Assembly (NCBI GenBank): GCA_963729895.1
Contig: CAVSQB010000022.1
Span: 119,971 to 183,970 of the forward strand
Length of the DNA stretch: 64,000 nt
Direction: 5' to 3'
DNA from: an uncultured Fibrobacterota bacterium
GTDB taxonomy: Bacteria; Fibrobacterota; Chitinivibrionia; Chitinivibrionales; FEN-1185
Below the pieces are notes generated by a model, which was given only the letters and a program-made list of their open reading frames with translations, made no database searches and was not told the DNA's origin. Positions within the stretch are counted from its first letter, which is position 1; each line of letters starts with the position of its first letter. Shown one piece after another: positions 26,831 through 36,315 of this stretch. Made by a program: the position numbers and the translations under genes.

Positions 26831-27763
26831 TCAACGGGTAATAATAAACCGGGACTCTTCGGAGATTCCGCCAAGCTTCAATCTCAAAAAATAGACGCCG
26901 GAGCCCAACCCGGTGAGCGGCACGGTTTCCCTGTGCGCTCCGGCGGAAAGCAGGTGTTCCTGTTGCGGCCAAACCGCCTCGCCATGACAATTGACAATAG
27001 ATAAGCATGTTTTTCCGGCTTGAGGAAGGGCATAAGAAACTTCAAGTCCGCCTTTTTCAGAATGTGTTCGGAGCGCGTATGAACGGCAGGCATTCTCGCC
27101 GGTACGCGTCGGCACGGAGGGAGTTTCATTTTCGAGGGTGAAAATGAGTTTGTCGCAGTTGAACGAATTGGTGACAAAAGTAAGCTGCAACACAAAGAGA
27201 CCGGTATCCAGACTCGCTGTTGCCACGGTATTGAATGTGTTCCAGTTGTGCCAGATCTCATTGCCTGCCGGAGCCGTGGTTTGAGCCAGGTTCAAAATAG
27301 TTACCGGCGTCCCGCCGTTGAATGAAATTGTCTGGGTGTTCGGGGTGGCCGCAACCGCTTCATACGAGCTGATGCCGTACACGCCGGCAACTTTTACGTG
27401 AACCGTGAATCTTACCCATTCGCCGACATCTATCCAGGAAAGATGGTAGGAACCCGCAGGCGGAACAGACCCGTCCGCGTTTCGGTCACCGCTGCCAAAT
27501 GGCTGCATACCGACATGCATGTCGGCCGAGTCCAGGCGTATCGTGCCGAAATTAACGGACCATGTGTCATGGAATCCGACTTCCGGTCCGCCTTCGTCGA
27601 AGAAGACCGCCTTTATCACCCCGGGAATCGTCTGGGGATTACCCTTAAGCGTGTCGCCGGTAAAAACCCTTCCCGTGTATCCGGCGGGAATTGCGGCACT
27701 AACCAGAGAGGCCGACACGAAACAGGAAAGTGCCGTGACGGCAAATGCGGGGTAGAAACGCAT
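26831..27763 (-). CDS. CBM6-like carbohydrate-binding protein with T9SS-type C-terminal sorting domain
   Basis: 310 aa with a signal peptide. ..IKAVFFDEGGPEVGFHDT.. resembles the CBM6 AEDYDxGGxGVAYxDT motif. The C-terminus ..GVYFLRLKLGGISEESRFIITR looks like a T9SS CTD. Confidence 0.7.
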   Translation of the reverse strand: MRFYPAFAVTALSCFVSASLVSAAIPAGYTGRVFTGDTLKGNPQTIPGVIKAVFFDEGGPEVGFHDTWSVNFGTIRLDSADMHVGMQPFGSGDRNADGSVPPAGSYHLSWIDVGEWVRFTVHVKVAGVYGISSYEAVAATPNTQTISFNGGTPVTILNLAQTTAPAGNEIWHNWNTFNTVATASLDTGLFVLQLTFVTNSFNCDKLIFTLENETPSVPTRTGENACRSYALRTHSEKGGLEVSYALPQAGKTCLSIVNCHGEAVWPQQEHLLSAGAHRETVPLTGLGSGVYFLRLKLGGISEESRFIITR

Positions 27764-28002
27764 AGCGCAAACTCATTTTCGCATGTTGACAAATACGTAA
27801 TTTGTGTTTCCGCAGTATTTTGCCAAGATGACTGTGACTCTCAAAAATATAGAGTCCAACAGCCTTCACCCGCTGTAAAACGTGTCGGGACTGTTACTAA
27901 TCGTTACACGTCAATGTAACGCAACCCGGGCCATTTTGTACGCCACCATGACAAAAGGTAGTGCGGTAAAGAAATCCGCGGGATGAGAATGAAGAGTATG
28001 CT

Positions 28003-28026
28003 GGACAAGACGGAACCGTCTTGTCC
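28003..28026 (-). terminator. perfect hairpin downstream of lipoprotein gene (possible terminator)
   Basis: GGACAAGACGG-AA-CCGTCTTGTCC sits 32 nt past the stop at 28058. There is no clear U-run. Confidence 0.3.
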
Positions 28027-28057
28027 AAGGAATCTTCGGTCTTGTAGGCTCGGCGAA

Positions 28058-28852
28058 TTACTTCCTGTTTGCATTCAGAAACTGGTTCCACCAAACGGGA
28101 AGCGAATTGTTTGGGCAGGCGGATGGATCCGCGTAGCACGTATAGGGCCCGTACTCGGAATAGGTATTTGAATAGCCGATGTTACCCGAGGCATCCTCCC
28201 AAACGGTCGCGGTATAGTGAGAGCTGTCGCCGGTCAGGGTCACCATATTGGCCGCAATTTTAGTTACCACCACTGAGTAAACAGCGCTGTCCACGGTGTT
28301 CCATGAGGCAATGAAATCAGCGGCAAACGCAATCGAGGAATAGACCTGAATTTGACTCCCCGAAACGGAAATGGTGATCCCGCGGGCTAGGACACTGGGA
28401 AGCTGCGCGGCAATAATGGAATCCGTTCTCGCTGTGGAAGGCACCCCTTGTGCGCCGACAAGAGTCCACGCGCCCGAAAAGGAAGACCCGCTGCGGGTAC
28501 CTCCTTTAAAGATATACCAGACTACCGTATTGCGAAGCGCCACATTCAGGAAATATCCGAGGGTCAATGATCCGCTGGTTGCCAGCAGGCTGTCTCCCGA
28601 GAATTTATACAGCTCCCTGGATGTGTCGTACGTTCCTGCAACCAGATTATTCCCGTTACACCGATTGGGCTGCAGCGTAATCTCGACGATCGTATCGCCT
28701 GCGGAATCACCGGGAAACGTGGAATAGGCAATGGGAGTGCCGGAAAGTGTTGTCGCTCCTCCGTTAGCGGAGGGAGACGTGCTGTTTGAGCAAGTTATGC
28801 CCGAGAAAACCAAAAAGGCAAGAGCGGCGATGACAACAATTGTTCTACCCAT
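28058..28852 (-). CDS. hypothetical lipoprotein
   Basis: 264 aa. Signal peptide plus lipobox-like ..VFSGITCSNS.. . Ser/Thr/Gly-rich, with no recognised domain. Confidence 0.55.
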   Translation of the reverse strand: MGRTIVVIAALAFLVFSGITCSNSTSPSANGGATTLSGTPIAYSTFPGDSAGDTIVEITLQPNRCNGNNLVAGTYDTSRELYKFSGDSLLATSGSLTLGYFLNVALRNTVVWYIFKGGTRSGSSFSGAWTLVGAQGVPSTARTDSIIAAQLPSVLARGITISVSGSQIQVYSSIAFAADFIASWNTVDSAVYSVVVTKIAANMVTLTGDSSHYTATVWEDASGNIGYSNTYSEYGPYTCYADPSACPNNSLPVWWNQFLNANRK

Positions 28853-28901
28853 GCGGGAACTCCTTTGCGACCGTCTTCACGATGCGGTGAACGTTGACGC
28901 T

Positions 28902-28929
28902 TTGATCAATACCCCGTTGATAATATAAT
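28902..28929 (+). promoter_or_regulatory. sigma70-like promoter (TTGATC-16-TATAAT)
   Basis: TTGATC at 28902-28907, a 16-nt spacer, then TATAAT at 28924-28929. It lies about 100 nt upstream of ATG 29033. Confidence 0.35.
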
Positions 28930-29032
28930 CAAGAAATCTGCGTTTTCCAGCTGAAAAGTGTCGAGCACCGAATGGCGGCCCGGCAAAAAAGTATATTCGG
29001 AGACAACTACTCAAGGACGGGGCCTTTTTGGA

Positions 29033-31441
29033 ATGCATATTTATTTAGGAACTTTTTTGATTGCCTTTTCCACCCTTGCCCTGGAGGTCACGCTTTCCAG
29101 ACTGCTGAGTGTAATCACGTGGTACCACCTCGCATTTTTTGCGGTGTCAACCGCAATGCTCGGTATGACGGCCGGCGCCGTGATGGTATATATGAGGCCG
29201 CGGTGGTTTCCCGCCGGCGAACTTGCGGGGAGCCTGGCAAAATCGGCACTCGGGTACATGCTGGTCACGCCCTTTTCGCTGATTGTGCTCTGCATCCTGC
29301 CGATTTCCTTCGTGCCGTCGATCATGAGCCTTTTTGTATTGCTGTTTGCGAGTATTGCCTGCTCGTTGCCGTTTTATTTTTCCGGGATCGCGGTAAGCGC
29401 CGTCTTGACAAAAAGCTCGTTTCCCATAGGCAGACTGTACGCGAGCGACCTTGTCGGTGCGTCGCTCGGCTGCCTGTTCGTCCTCGGGGGGCTCCGGGTG
29501 ATGGATGCCCCGAGCCTCATTCTCTGCTGCGCCGCCGCGGCCGGTTGTGCGGCGCTCGCGTTTGCCTGGAAAGATGCTTCATTCAGGTACCGCCGCCTCT
29601 GCTATATCGGCCTCCTTGTCCTTGTGCCGGTTGCGGCTGTCAATTCCATGACCGTGTACGGGATACGGCCGTTTGTCGCGAAAAACGTCATCCAGAATCC
29701 CCTGGCGCTGCTCATGGAACGGTGGAACACCTTTTCGCGGGTCGCGCTTTACAAAGGCATCATGGCCCGCCCGCAATACTGGGGCGCGAGTTCCACGGCG
29801 CCGCAGGACGAAAAGATCTTTCAGTACTACATGAATATTGACGGCGACGCCGGCACCACGCTGCGCCGGTTCTCTTCATTGGAAGACATCGCCCATCTCC
29901 GCTACGATATCACCAACATCGCCTACTATGTGCGGCCGAAGGGAAAGGCCTGCGTCATCGGGGTGGGCGGAGGCAGGGACATCCAGAGTGCGATCCTGTT
30001 CGGGCACGACACCGTCACCGGGATCGACGTCAATCCGATCTTTATCGACATCGTCAAGAACAAATTCCGGGAGTTTGCCGGCATTGCAAATCGCCCGGGC
30101 GTCACGCTCGTTGCCGACGAAGCCAGAAGTTATCTCACCAGGAGCAAAGAAACCTATTCGACGATACAGATGTCCCTCATTGACACGTGGGCTTCAACCG
30201 GCGCAGGCGCTTTTTCTCTTTCAGAAAACGCTCTGTACACGGTGGAAGCCTGGCAGGTCTTCCTCGGCCGTCTCAAGGAAGACGGCATATTCACGGTTTC
30301 GCGGTGGCATGATCCGCACGATCTCGGCGAAACCGGGAGGGTCATAAGCCTTGCCATGGCGGCGCTGTTTCAATCGGGAGCACGCGATCCTTCGCGCCAT
30401 ATCGCCCTTGTAACCACAGGCAACATTTCCACGCTCATCTTGGGCAAGCGGCCGCTTGACGTGCAGGATATTGACGCGCTTGCAAAGGCCGCAGGAGCCC
30501 TGCGCTTCACGGTTGCCGTTCTTCCGGGCAAAACTCCGGATAACCCGACGCTTCGCGACATCATTTCCGCGCGATCGCCCGGCGCCTTGCGTGACGTCAT
30601 CGCCGACAAACCTTACAATTTTGATCCCTCCACCGACGAGAAACCGTACTTCTTCAACATGCTCAGGCTGAGCCGCATAACGGATGGCTTGACTGCGGGC
30701 TCGGGGATAATGAAGGGAAACGCGGTGGCAACCGTCATTCTCCTCGGGTTGATACTGTCTTTGACAATATTGACAATTGCAACAATTGTTGTCCCGCTTG
30801 TCATTGCTCCCCGCCTCGGAAGCAAGAGGGATGTTCCTGCAAAAATCATTTGGCCGGGCGCGTTTTATTTCTCGCTCATCGGCGCAGGTTTCATGTGCGT
30901 GGAAATTGCCCTTATCCAGCGGTTGTCGGTGTTTCTCGGACATCCGGTCTATGCCCTGGGAATCCTGCTTTTCACCATTATCGCGAGCACCGGCATCGGC
31001 AGCCTGCTCAGCGAGCGGTTGCCGCTTGTCCACTCACGCTGGGTTTTCGCGCTTCCTGTTGTTTCTGCTTTCGGCATCATCGCGCTGAGGTTCGGAGTAA
31101 CCGCGCTTATGGCGGGCATGATCACCGCGCCCGTCATGAACAAGATCCTGCTTTCGGTCGCTGCGATTTTCCCGCTCGGGCTGATGCTGGGGTTCTTTTT
31201 TCCCACGGGGATGAAAATGCTTGCATTGTCTGCTGCTGCCGAAACGCCGTGGTACTGGGCGCTCAACGGGATATTCGGGGTTCTGAGCTCTGCGGTCGCG
31301 GTACTTATCTCAATTTATGTCGGCATTTCCATCAACTTCTATATTGCCGCTCTGTGTTATGCGGCGCTTGTGCCCTGCCTTGCCGCCATGCGCGCAATGA
31401 CGCCGGTGGAACGTGCCGGTGCGCCGTCGAACACATTGTAA
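29033..31441 (+). CDS. membrane-fused spermidine-synthase-fold protein (second copy)
   Basis: The track ORF starts at GTG 28958; ATG 29033 gives MHIYLGTFLIAFSTLALEVTLSRLLSVITWY.. . The central soluble domain reads ..CVIGVGGGRDIQSAILFGHDTVTGIDVNP..STIQMSLIDTW.. and is flanked by N- and C-terminal blocks of helices. Confidence 0.8.
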   Translation: MHIYLGTFLIAFSTLALEVTLSRLLSVITWYHLAFFAVSTAMLGMTAGAVMVYMRPRWFPAGELAGSLAKSALGYMLVTPFSLIVLCILPISFVPSIMSLFVLLFASIACSLPFYFSGIAVSAVLTKSSFPIGRLYASDLVGASLGCLFVLGGLRVMDAPSLILCCAAAAGCAALAFAWKDASFRYRRLCYIGLLVLVPVAAVNSMTVYGIRPFVAKNVIQNPLALLMERWNTFSRVALYKGIMARPQYWGASSTAPQDEKIFQYYMNIDGDAGTTLRRFSSLEDIAHLRYDITNIAYYVRPKGKACVIGVGGGRDIQSAILFGHDTVTGIDVNPIFIDIVKNKFREFAGIANRPGVTLVADEARSYLTRSKETYSTIQMSLIDTWASTGAGAFSLSENALYTVEAWQVFLGRLKEDGIFTVSRWHDPHDLGETGRVISLAMAALFQSGARDPSRHIALVTTGNISTLILGKRPLDVQDIDALAKAAGALRFTVAVLPGKTPDNPTLRDIISARSPGALRDVIADKPYNFDPSTDEKPYFFNMLRLSRITDGLTAGSGIMKGNAVATVILLGLILSLTILTIATIVVPLVIAPRLGSKRDVPAKIIWPGAFYFSLIGAGFMCVEIALIQRLSVFLGHPVYALGILLFTIIASTGIGSLLSERLPLVHSRWVFALPVVSAFGIIALRFGVTALMAGMITAPVMNKILLSVAAIFPLGLMLGFFFPTGMKMLALSAAAETPWYWALNGIFGVLSSAVAVLISIYVGISINFYIAALCYAALVPCLAAMRAMTPVERAGAPSNTL

Positions 31442-32082
31442 ATCGCCGGTTTCGGCCTCAACAAAAGATCGTGCATCCGCCGCAATGAAAAAAAGATTGA
31501 CCCGTGCGCTTGTCATTTTCGCAGCCGGATGTCTGCTCACCGGTCACGGCGCCGCACAGGTTCGCCCGGGTACGCGTGGACGGTACGAAGGCATGCGTTT
31601 TGTTTCCGGCGGGACCTTTCGCATGGGTGAAGCGCGGATCGCGGAACCGGTGCATACGGTAACCGTGTCCTCATTTTACATCGACACGACGCTCGTGACC
31701 CAAAAACAGTATCAGGCGCTGATGCATGTCAACCCATCCCACTTCAGTGGAGATTCGGACCTGCCCGTCGAATCGGTGACCTGGTTCGACGCGGTTCTGT
31801 ATTGCAATGCAAGAAGCATAATGCACGGTTTGAACACGGTCTATTCTTTTTCGTCGCTGTCGGGCGCACCCGGGAACGGGTGCATGTCGCTGGAAAACCT
31901 GGCGACCGGATTCGGCAGGAAAGGGTATCGCCTTCCCACAGAAGCGGAATACGAATATGCCTGCAGGTCGGGAACCACAACCGACTATTACTGGGGAGAC
32001 ACGGTTGACGGAAGGTACTGTTGGTTCTACGGCAACAGCAATTTCACCATGCATCCGGTGGCGCAGAAGCGTGCCAATGTGG

Positions 32083-32940
32083 CTATACCCCAATTACTTT
32101 CTCAGTCGAAATGGGAGTTTTCTCTTTGAATTGACCTCTGTATTCTTCAGGTGTTTTCCCCTTTAGTGATCCGTGTGGCCGTATCCGGTTGTAAATGTTC
32201 TTCCAATGTTCGATTATTCTTTCTGCGTCCTCTAATGAGATGAACCAGTTTTCATTCAAGCATTGGTCCCTGAATATCGAATTGAATGATTCTACAAAAG
32301 CATTCTGGCTGGGCTTGCCGGGCTGAATGAATTCCTGCCTTACCTGGTTTCGTATTGCCCAGAGCATGAGTTCTTTGCTCCGGAATTCCGGGCCGTTATC
32401 AGTCAACAGAGCTTCCGGCTTTCCGTACCTGGCCACCAGGTGGTCTAGAACTTGGCAGACTCCTAGTGCTGGAATAGAACGTGCTACCTTGATTGCAAGA
32501 GCCTCACGGGTGCAGTCATCGACAACATTCAGGCATTTCAGCTTGCGCTTGTCGGAAGTACTGTCGAATATGAAATCCATTGACCAGCGACGGCTTGGCC
32601 GATCCGGCAGCGTCAACGGCATCCGTTGGCTATTGCGTTTCTGACGCCTCCTCCGCTTGCTTTTCTGAAGCGATTCTTCCTTGTAGAGCCGATGCACACG
32701 TTTGTGATTTACTATGTACCCAAGGTTGCGGAGATACCAATAAAGCGTCGGAAAGCCCCATGAACGGAACGATGAAATGGTTTCATGCATTTTTGTTTTC
32801 AACTCGCTGTTCAAAGCCGATTCCTGCGGTCGATAGCGGTACCCTGCCGGTGTCATACCCAGAAGTCCGCATGCTTTCCGTTGACTCAGGCCTTGCCGCA
32901 TTAGTGCGTCCACAGTCAGCCTACGCTGAGGACGCTTCAC
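32083..32940 (-). CDS. IS3-family transposase OrfB (integrase core)
   Basis: 285 aa. ..WSMDFIFD.., ..LLTDNGPEFRS.. and ..NAFVESFNSIFRDQCLN.. form the rve DDE core. Confidence 0.9.
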   Translation of the reverse strand: MKRPQRRLTVDALMRQGLSQRKACGLLGMTPAGYRYRPQESALNSELKTKMHETISSFRSWGFPTLYWYLRNLGYIVNHKRVHRLYKEESLQKSKRRRRQKRNSQRMPLTLPDRPSRRWSMDFIFDSTSDKRKLKCLNVVDDCTREALAIKVARSIPALGVCQVLDHLVARYGKPEALLTDNGPEFRSKELMLWAIRNQVRQEFIQPGKPSQNAFVESFNSIFRDQCLNENWFISLEDAERIIEHWKNIYNRIRPHGSLKGKTPEEYRGQFKEKTPISTEKVIGV

Positions 32941-33203
32941 TATTTTCTTTGCAGCACTTCCTTCATTGCATCGATCTGAAGTGCCTGGTCTGCAACAATC
33001 CGCTTGAGCCGGCTGTTTTCGCCCTCGATCTCCTTCATCCTTTTCAGATCAGAGAGCTCAAGTCCGCTGTATTTGCTCTTCCAACGGAAGTACGTGTTCT
33101 CTGAAATACCATATTGACGACAAAGATCAGCGACTTTGGCTCCGCGGTCGCCCTCTTGCAGGATCCGAAAAATCTGCTCTTCACTGTAGCGCTTGCCTTT
33201 CAT
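32940..33203 (-). CDS. IS3-family transposase OrfA (HTH)
   Basis: 87 aa. MKGKRYSEEQIFRILQEG..VADLCRQYGISENTYFRWKSKY plus a leucine-zipper-like tail. An A-run (CAAAGAAAATAG) just before the stop is a plausible -1 slippage site into orfB. Confidence 0.9.
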   Translation of the reverse strand: MKGKRYSEEQIFRILQEGDRGAKVADLCRQYGISENTYFRWKSKYSGLELSDLKRMKEIEGENSRLKRIVADQALQIDAMKEVLQRK

Positions 33204-33599
33204 GAGTCCTCCTAGTTAGTTTAAAATAACTCGGAAAACTCCCTTCTCAAATGAGCAAGTTTTCGGGGGTATAGCCAAATGCATTCGGCCTCTACGACAT
33301 GGCAGGCAGCCTGTGGGAATGGTGCAACGACTGGTATGGTGCGTACGGCAAGAAGAACCAGACCGATCCCGCGGGGCCCAAAACTGGCACCTTCCGGGTG
33401 GCTCGCGGCGGGTGCTGGTATATTTATTACCTTCCAATCATGAGCTCCGGGTTCCGCTCCTATTCTTTTCCCGCCCCGGCGAGGTTTAAGCCCCCACACG
33501 ACTACTACGGATTCCGGTGCGTGCTGGCCGCGAATTGATTCTTCAGCGCCGAGGAGTGAGGCGCGGGTGGTCTATTTTGTCAAGACCCTGGCAACGTTC

Positions 33600-34814
33600 C
33601 TACCGCATCAGAAGCATTTTCCTGACAGATACCACTTCCTCATCCACCGTGTAGCACGCAATAACGGCCTGCCGGTAATTCGGAAGGCAGGCGGCCGGAT
33701 CCTTGACGATTCCGGAATAGAGCTTCCGTCCGGACAGCGAATACAGTGACAGCGAGTTCGGAATCTTGTTGCCAAAGGCCCAGGAATGCGGCTGAACGGC
33801 ATACCGGACTTCCACTCCCAACCGATTCAGGATGGTGTCCGCGGATGCATAATCTCCCTTTCTGTAGTCGGCCCAGGCCGTCGCGACGTTCAGCTTCTCC
33901 TTTGTGGCGATCAGGAGCCTCATTTCAACATCCATGATGGCCGCAACCTCGGTTGAATCCACGTTCGCCACTTTGTCGGAGTCAAAAACCCCGGCCATGT
34001 TCTTTCCCGCGGCAAGACCGAAATAGGCGATCACGTAATCGGTCTTGATTTGGGAAGGATTGGCGCCGATATTTCCCCATTTCATCGAGTCGGCCAGTAT
34101 GGACGCAAACAGGTTCTGGTAAAACGACCACCCGAACTGAGTCAGCAGACTCTTGAAGGTGTTGTACACCGGATAGGTGGGATATTTCTCCGAGGTGAGC
34201 CAATAGGTTGCAAATGCGGTGTCAACGGCCTGCTTCAACAGTTCGCCTGCAACAAACCCCGGGAAATACCAGACATCGTCGCTCCACCAATCCCGCGGCC
34301 AGTTGTCGCTCACCGCGCCCGTGGTTGAATTGATCACTTCTCCGATGATGACGCCGCGTATCCATCGCAGGCCGTCGCCGGTCTGCGGCCGTCCAAAGAA
34401 ATCGCTCAGAGCGTATCCCACGTCACCGCCGGCCGACCAACCGCCCATGCAGCCGCCGCCGCACCCGGAATCTATCTCAACCCGCTGGGGTTTCTCCGGC
34501 GGCGCGATTCCCAGATCCTGTACGATGAGCGGGATTGCCTTGTCCAGTTCGGCCGCAACCGAGTCGAGGTTGACCTTGTAGGTGGTGCACCCGGCCAGAT
34601 TGTAATCCGGCGTCACCCACACGGCATATTGCGATTTGTGAAGCGTGTCCCAGGTCTGGGCGCACAGCAAAGACGCGTAGAAGGCGACGATGAGCGCCGA
34701 CGGAAAATACGGCGCGGTCCTCGTCCTACGGTAAAGCACTATTGGGCCGTTTGTGATACACGGTTTGCGATGCGGCATGTTCGTCCCTCCCTGGGGATTC
34801 AAAATGGAAGTCAC
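33600..34814 (-). CDS. hypothetical secreted protein, possible T9SS C-terminal domain
   Basis: 404 aa (alternative start ATG 34778). It has a hydrophobic N-terminal segment and a Cys/Gly-rich patch (..DSGCGGGCMGGW..). The C-terminal ~75 aa are beta-rich (..LSLYSLSGRKLYSG..). No recognised catalytic motif. Confidence 0.55.
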   Translation of the reverse strand: MTSILNPQGGTNMPHRKPCITNGPIVLYRRTRTAPYFPSALIVAFYASLLCAQTWDTLHKSQYAVWVTPDYNLAGCTTYKVNLDSVAAELDKAIPLIVQDLGIAPPEKPQRVEIDSGCGGGCMGGWSAGGDVGYALSDFFGRPQTGDGLRWIRGVIIGEVINSTTGAVSDNWPRDWWSDDVWYFPGFVAGELLKQAVDTAFATYWLTSEKYPTYPVYNTFKSLLTQFGWSFYQNLFASILADSMKWGNIGANPSQIKTDYVIAYFGLAAGKNMAGVFDSDKVANVDSTEVAAIMDVEMRLLIATKEKLNVATAWADYRKGDYASADTILNRLGVEVRYAVQPHSWAFGNKIPNSLSLYSLSGRKLYSGIVKDPAACLPNYRQAVIACYTVDEEVVSVRKMLLMR

Positions 34815-34859
34815 GGTTGAAAGGTTTCATGAATGAACGAGGCCTCACGTCGCGCCACC

Positions 34860-35945
34860 CTAGCGCTTGTTGCCCTTTTGTCTGCCCTTACCGTTTCCGC
34901 TCACGCCACGCGCCGCTTTTGAAACTCCCGGGTGGGGGGCCGGCATCGGGACGATTGGCCCTTGTGCAACAACCCGGCCCTTTTTTGCCATTGGATGAAT
35001 TGGCGGACCGGGCGGCAAAGGCGGCGTTGGGGCGGTCATGCCGCCGTGAGAAGCGCGCGGCAGCGGCATGCCCGGCACGGGCGGCAAAGGCGGGGCAAGT
35101 ACGCCGCCGCGGGAACCACCCGGCAACGGCATTCCGGGGCCGGGGGGCAAGAAGAACGGTCCCGGCACTATGAGCCGTCCGTGCGGCCCAACTGGCATGG
35201 GAGGACCAAGGGGCACGAACACTGTCGTAGAAACCACCGGCACAACAACAAGCGGCGCATCCAGCGTCATTTCGTCCGGGTTGACCTTGAACCTCACTTC
35301 GTATTCGTGATAGTACTGCGGCCCCACCAGGGGCTGCAGTTTCTTAAACTGACCGTAATTCATCGGTGCAGTCGCAACCGGCGCGGCGTTGTAGGCGACC
35401 GTCGTGTAGCAGCCGGGCGACACAAGGACCGGGGGCGCGGAAGGGAGGAACGGGTTGAACACGCGCACGCTTCCGTCAAGGACGCGAACGTGGGTGACAT
35501 ACGGTTGCGGGTAGAATTCCACCACAAAATGCGTACCCTCGGCGCGGGCGAGCGCCGTGGGTGTCCACACCTCATAGCGTGTGCCGCTTCCCTTGATATC
35601 CTTAACATCAGAGAGAACCTCGCCGCCGGCGTTCAGCACCGCTATGACCCGCTTGTTCTGGCCGTCAACCGTGTCGGTGATCGTGACGCACGTGTTTTCG
35701 CTCAGTTTTATGGTATTGTTTCCGAACGTGACCACAGCCTCGGCTTGCTTCAACGTTCGGACGGTGTCGCCGGTGAACACCGATGCGCCGTTTTGCGCCG
35801 GCGCCCACGACCCGCTCGCCCGTTGGAAAACCCGGGCCTCTCCGGTCACATAGGCCAGTTTCCCAAAGACACGGTGCGTGTTATGGCCGCACCCTGCTGT
35901 GAAGGTCATCAGTGAAAGAACGACGCACAACGCAAAATGTTTCAT
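34860..35945 (-). CDS. FecR-domain lipoprotein with Pro-rich C-terminal tail
   Basis: 361 aa with lipobox ..LMTFTAGC.. . ..GEARVFQRASGSWAPAQNGASVFTGDTVRTLKQAEAVVTFGNNTIKLSENT.. is FecR-like. The tail carries a PGMPLP..APPLPP duplication. Confidence 0.65.
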   Translation of the reverse strand: MKHFALCVVLSLMTFTAGCGHNTHRVFGKLAYVTGEARVFQRASGSWAPAQNGASVFTGDTVRTLKQAEAVVTFGNNTIKLSENTCVTITDTVDGQNKRVIAVLNAGGEVLSDVKDIKGSGTRYEVWTPTALARAEGTHFVVEFYPQPYVTHVRVLDGSVRVFNPFLPSAPPVLVSPGCYTTVAYNAAPVATAPMNYGQFKKLQPLVGPQYYHEYEVRFKVNPDEMTLDAPLVVVPVVSTTVFVPLGPPMPVGPHGRLIVPGPFFLPPGPGMPLPGGSRGGVLAPPLPPVPGMPLPRASHGGMTAPTPPLPPGPPIHPMAKKGRVVAQGPIVPMPAPHPGVSKAARGVSGNGKGRQKGNKR

Positions 35946-36315
35946 GGAAAAAACCTCCGGTTAAGTGCGGAAAATCCGAATCTTAGAAAGGCGTTTGCCG
36001 CGCAGCGTGCCGCAGCTGCGTTGGAAAGGGGTTTGTCTACAGAATATATTATTTTTGGAAAACAATAGCCAATTTTGGCTTGCATTACGTAGTTGACCGG
36101 CTCACAATTCTTGGCAGGAAGATTGAAACAAAGAGGAGGAAAGAGGTGTCTAAAGAGCATGGCGCCTGTCATTCGAAAGTCGGGAGGGCGCGGATTTCTC
36201 CCGGAAGCGGGAGTAGCGCACCAACGATTCTTCAACAATTTGCCAGGTATGAACGTATTTTTAGTACGTAGGGAAGAAATGTTTTTCCGGTGGTGACATC
36301 ATCAAGGGGTTTCCA

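Larger units (their letters stand above)
32080..33277 (-). mobile_element. IS3-family insertion sequence (IS407-group-like), 1198 bp
   Basis: Perfect 12-bp terminal inverted repeats TGGCTATACCCC (32080-32091) and GGGGTATAGCCA (33266-33277), flanked by a 4-bp direct repeat AATG (32076-32079 and 33278-33281). orfA and orfB overlap in the -1 frame. Confidence 0.9.
31485..33538 (+). pseudogene. FGE/SUMF1-type (formylglycine-generating enzyme family) gene interrupted by an IS3-family element
   Basis: The 5' part is 31485-32079 (MKKRLTRALVIFAAGCLL..FRMGE..VTVSSFYIDTTLVTQKQY..LPTEAEYEYACR..AQKRAN). The 3' part is 33278-33538 (..[37 protein letters not shown]). Removing the IS and one AATG copy restores one continuous frame. 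Confidence 0.85.

Noticed and set aside
34932-35915. 327-aa plus-strand ORF (and other alternative-frame ORFs such as 2330..3115, 2772..3653, 45499..46410, 47537..48397, 50120..51046, 53478..54143, 24890..25741, 15370..16194, 16406..17263, 40446..41177, 38837..39403).
   Set aside because: Each lies antisense to, or out of frame within, a gene with strong family motifs. All have the Arg/Gly/Pro/His-rich composition typical of spurious ORFs in GC-rich DNA.
36112-36126. Possible sigma54 promoter TGGCAG-N5-TTGA upstream of 36316.
   Set aside because: The -12 element reads GA rather than GC. The window has no enhancer-binding-protein gene, and the element lies ~190 nt from the start codon. This is too weak to call.
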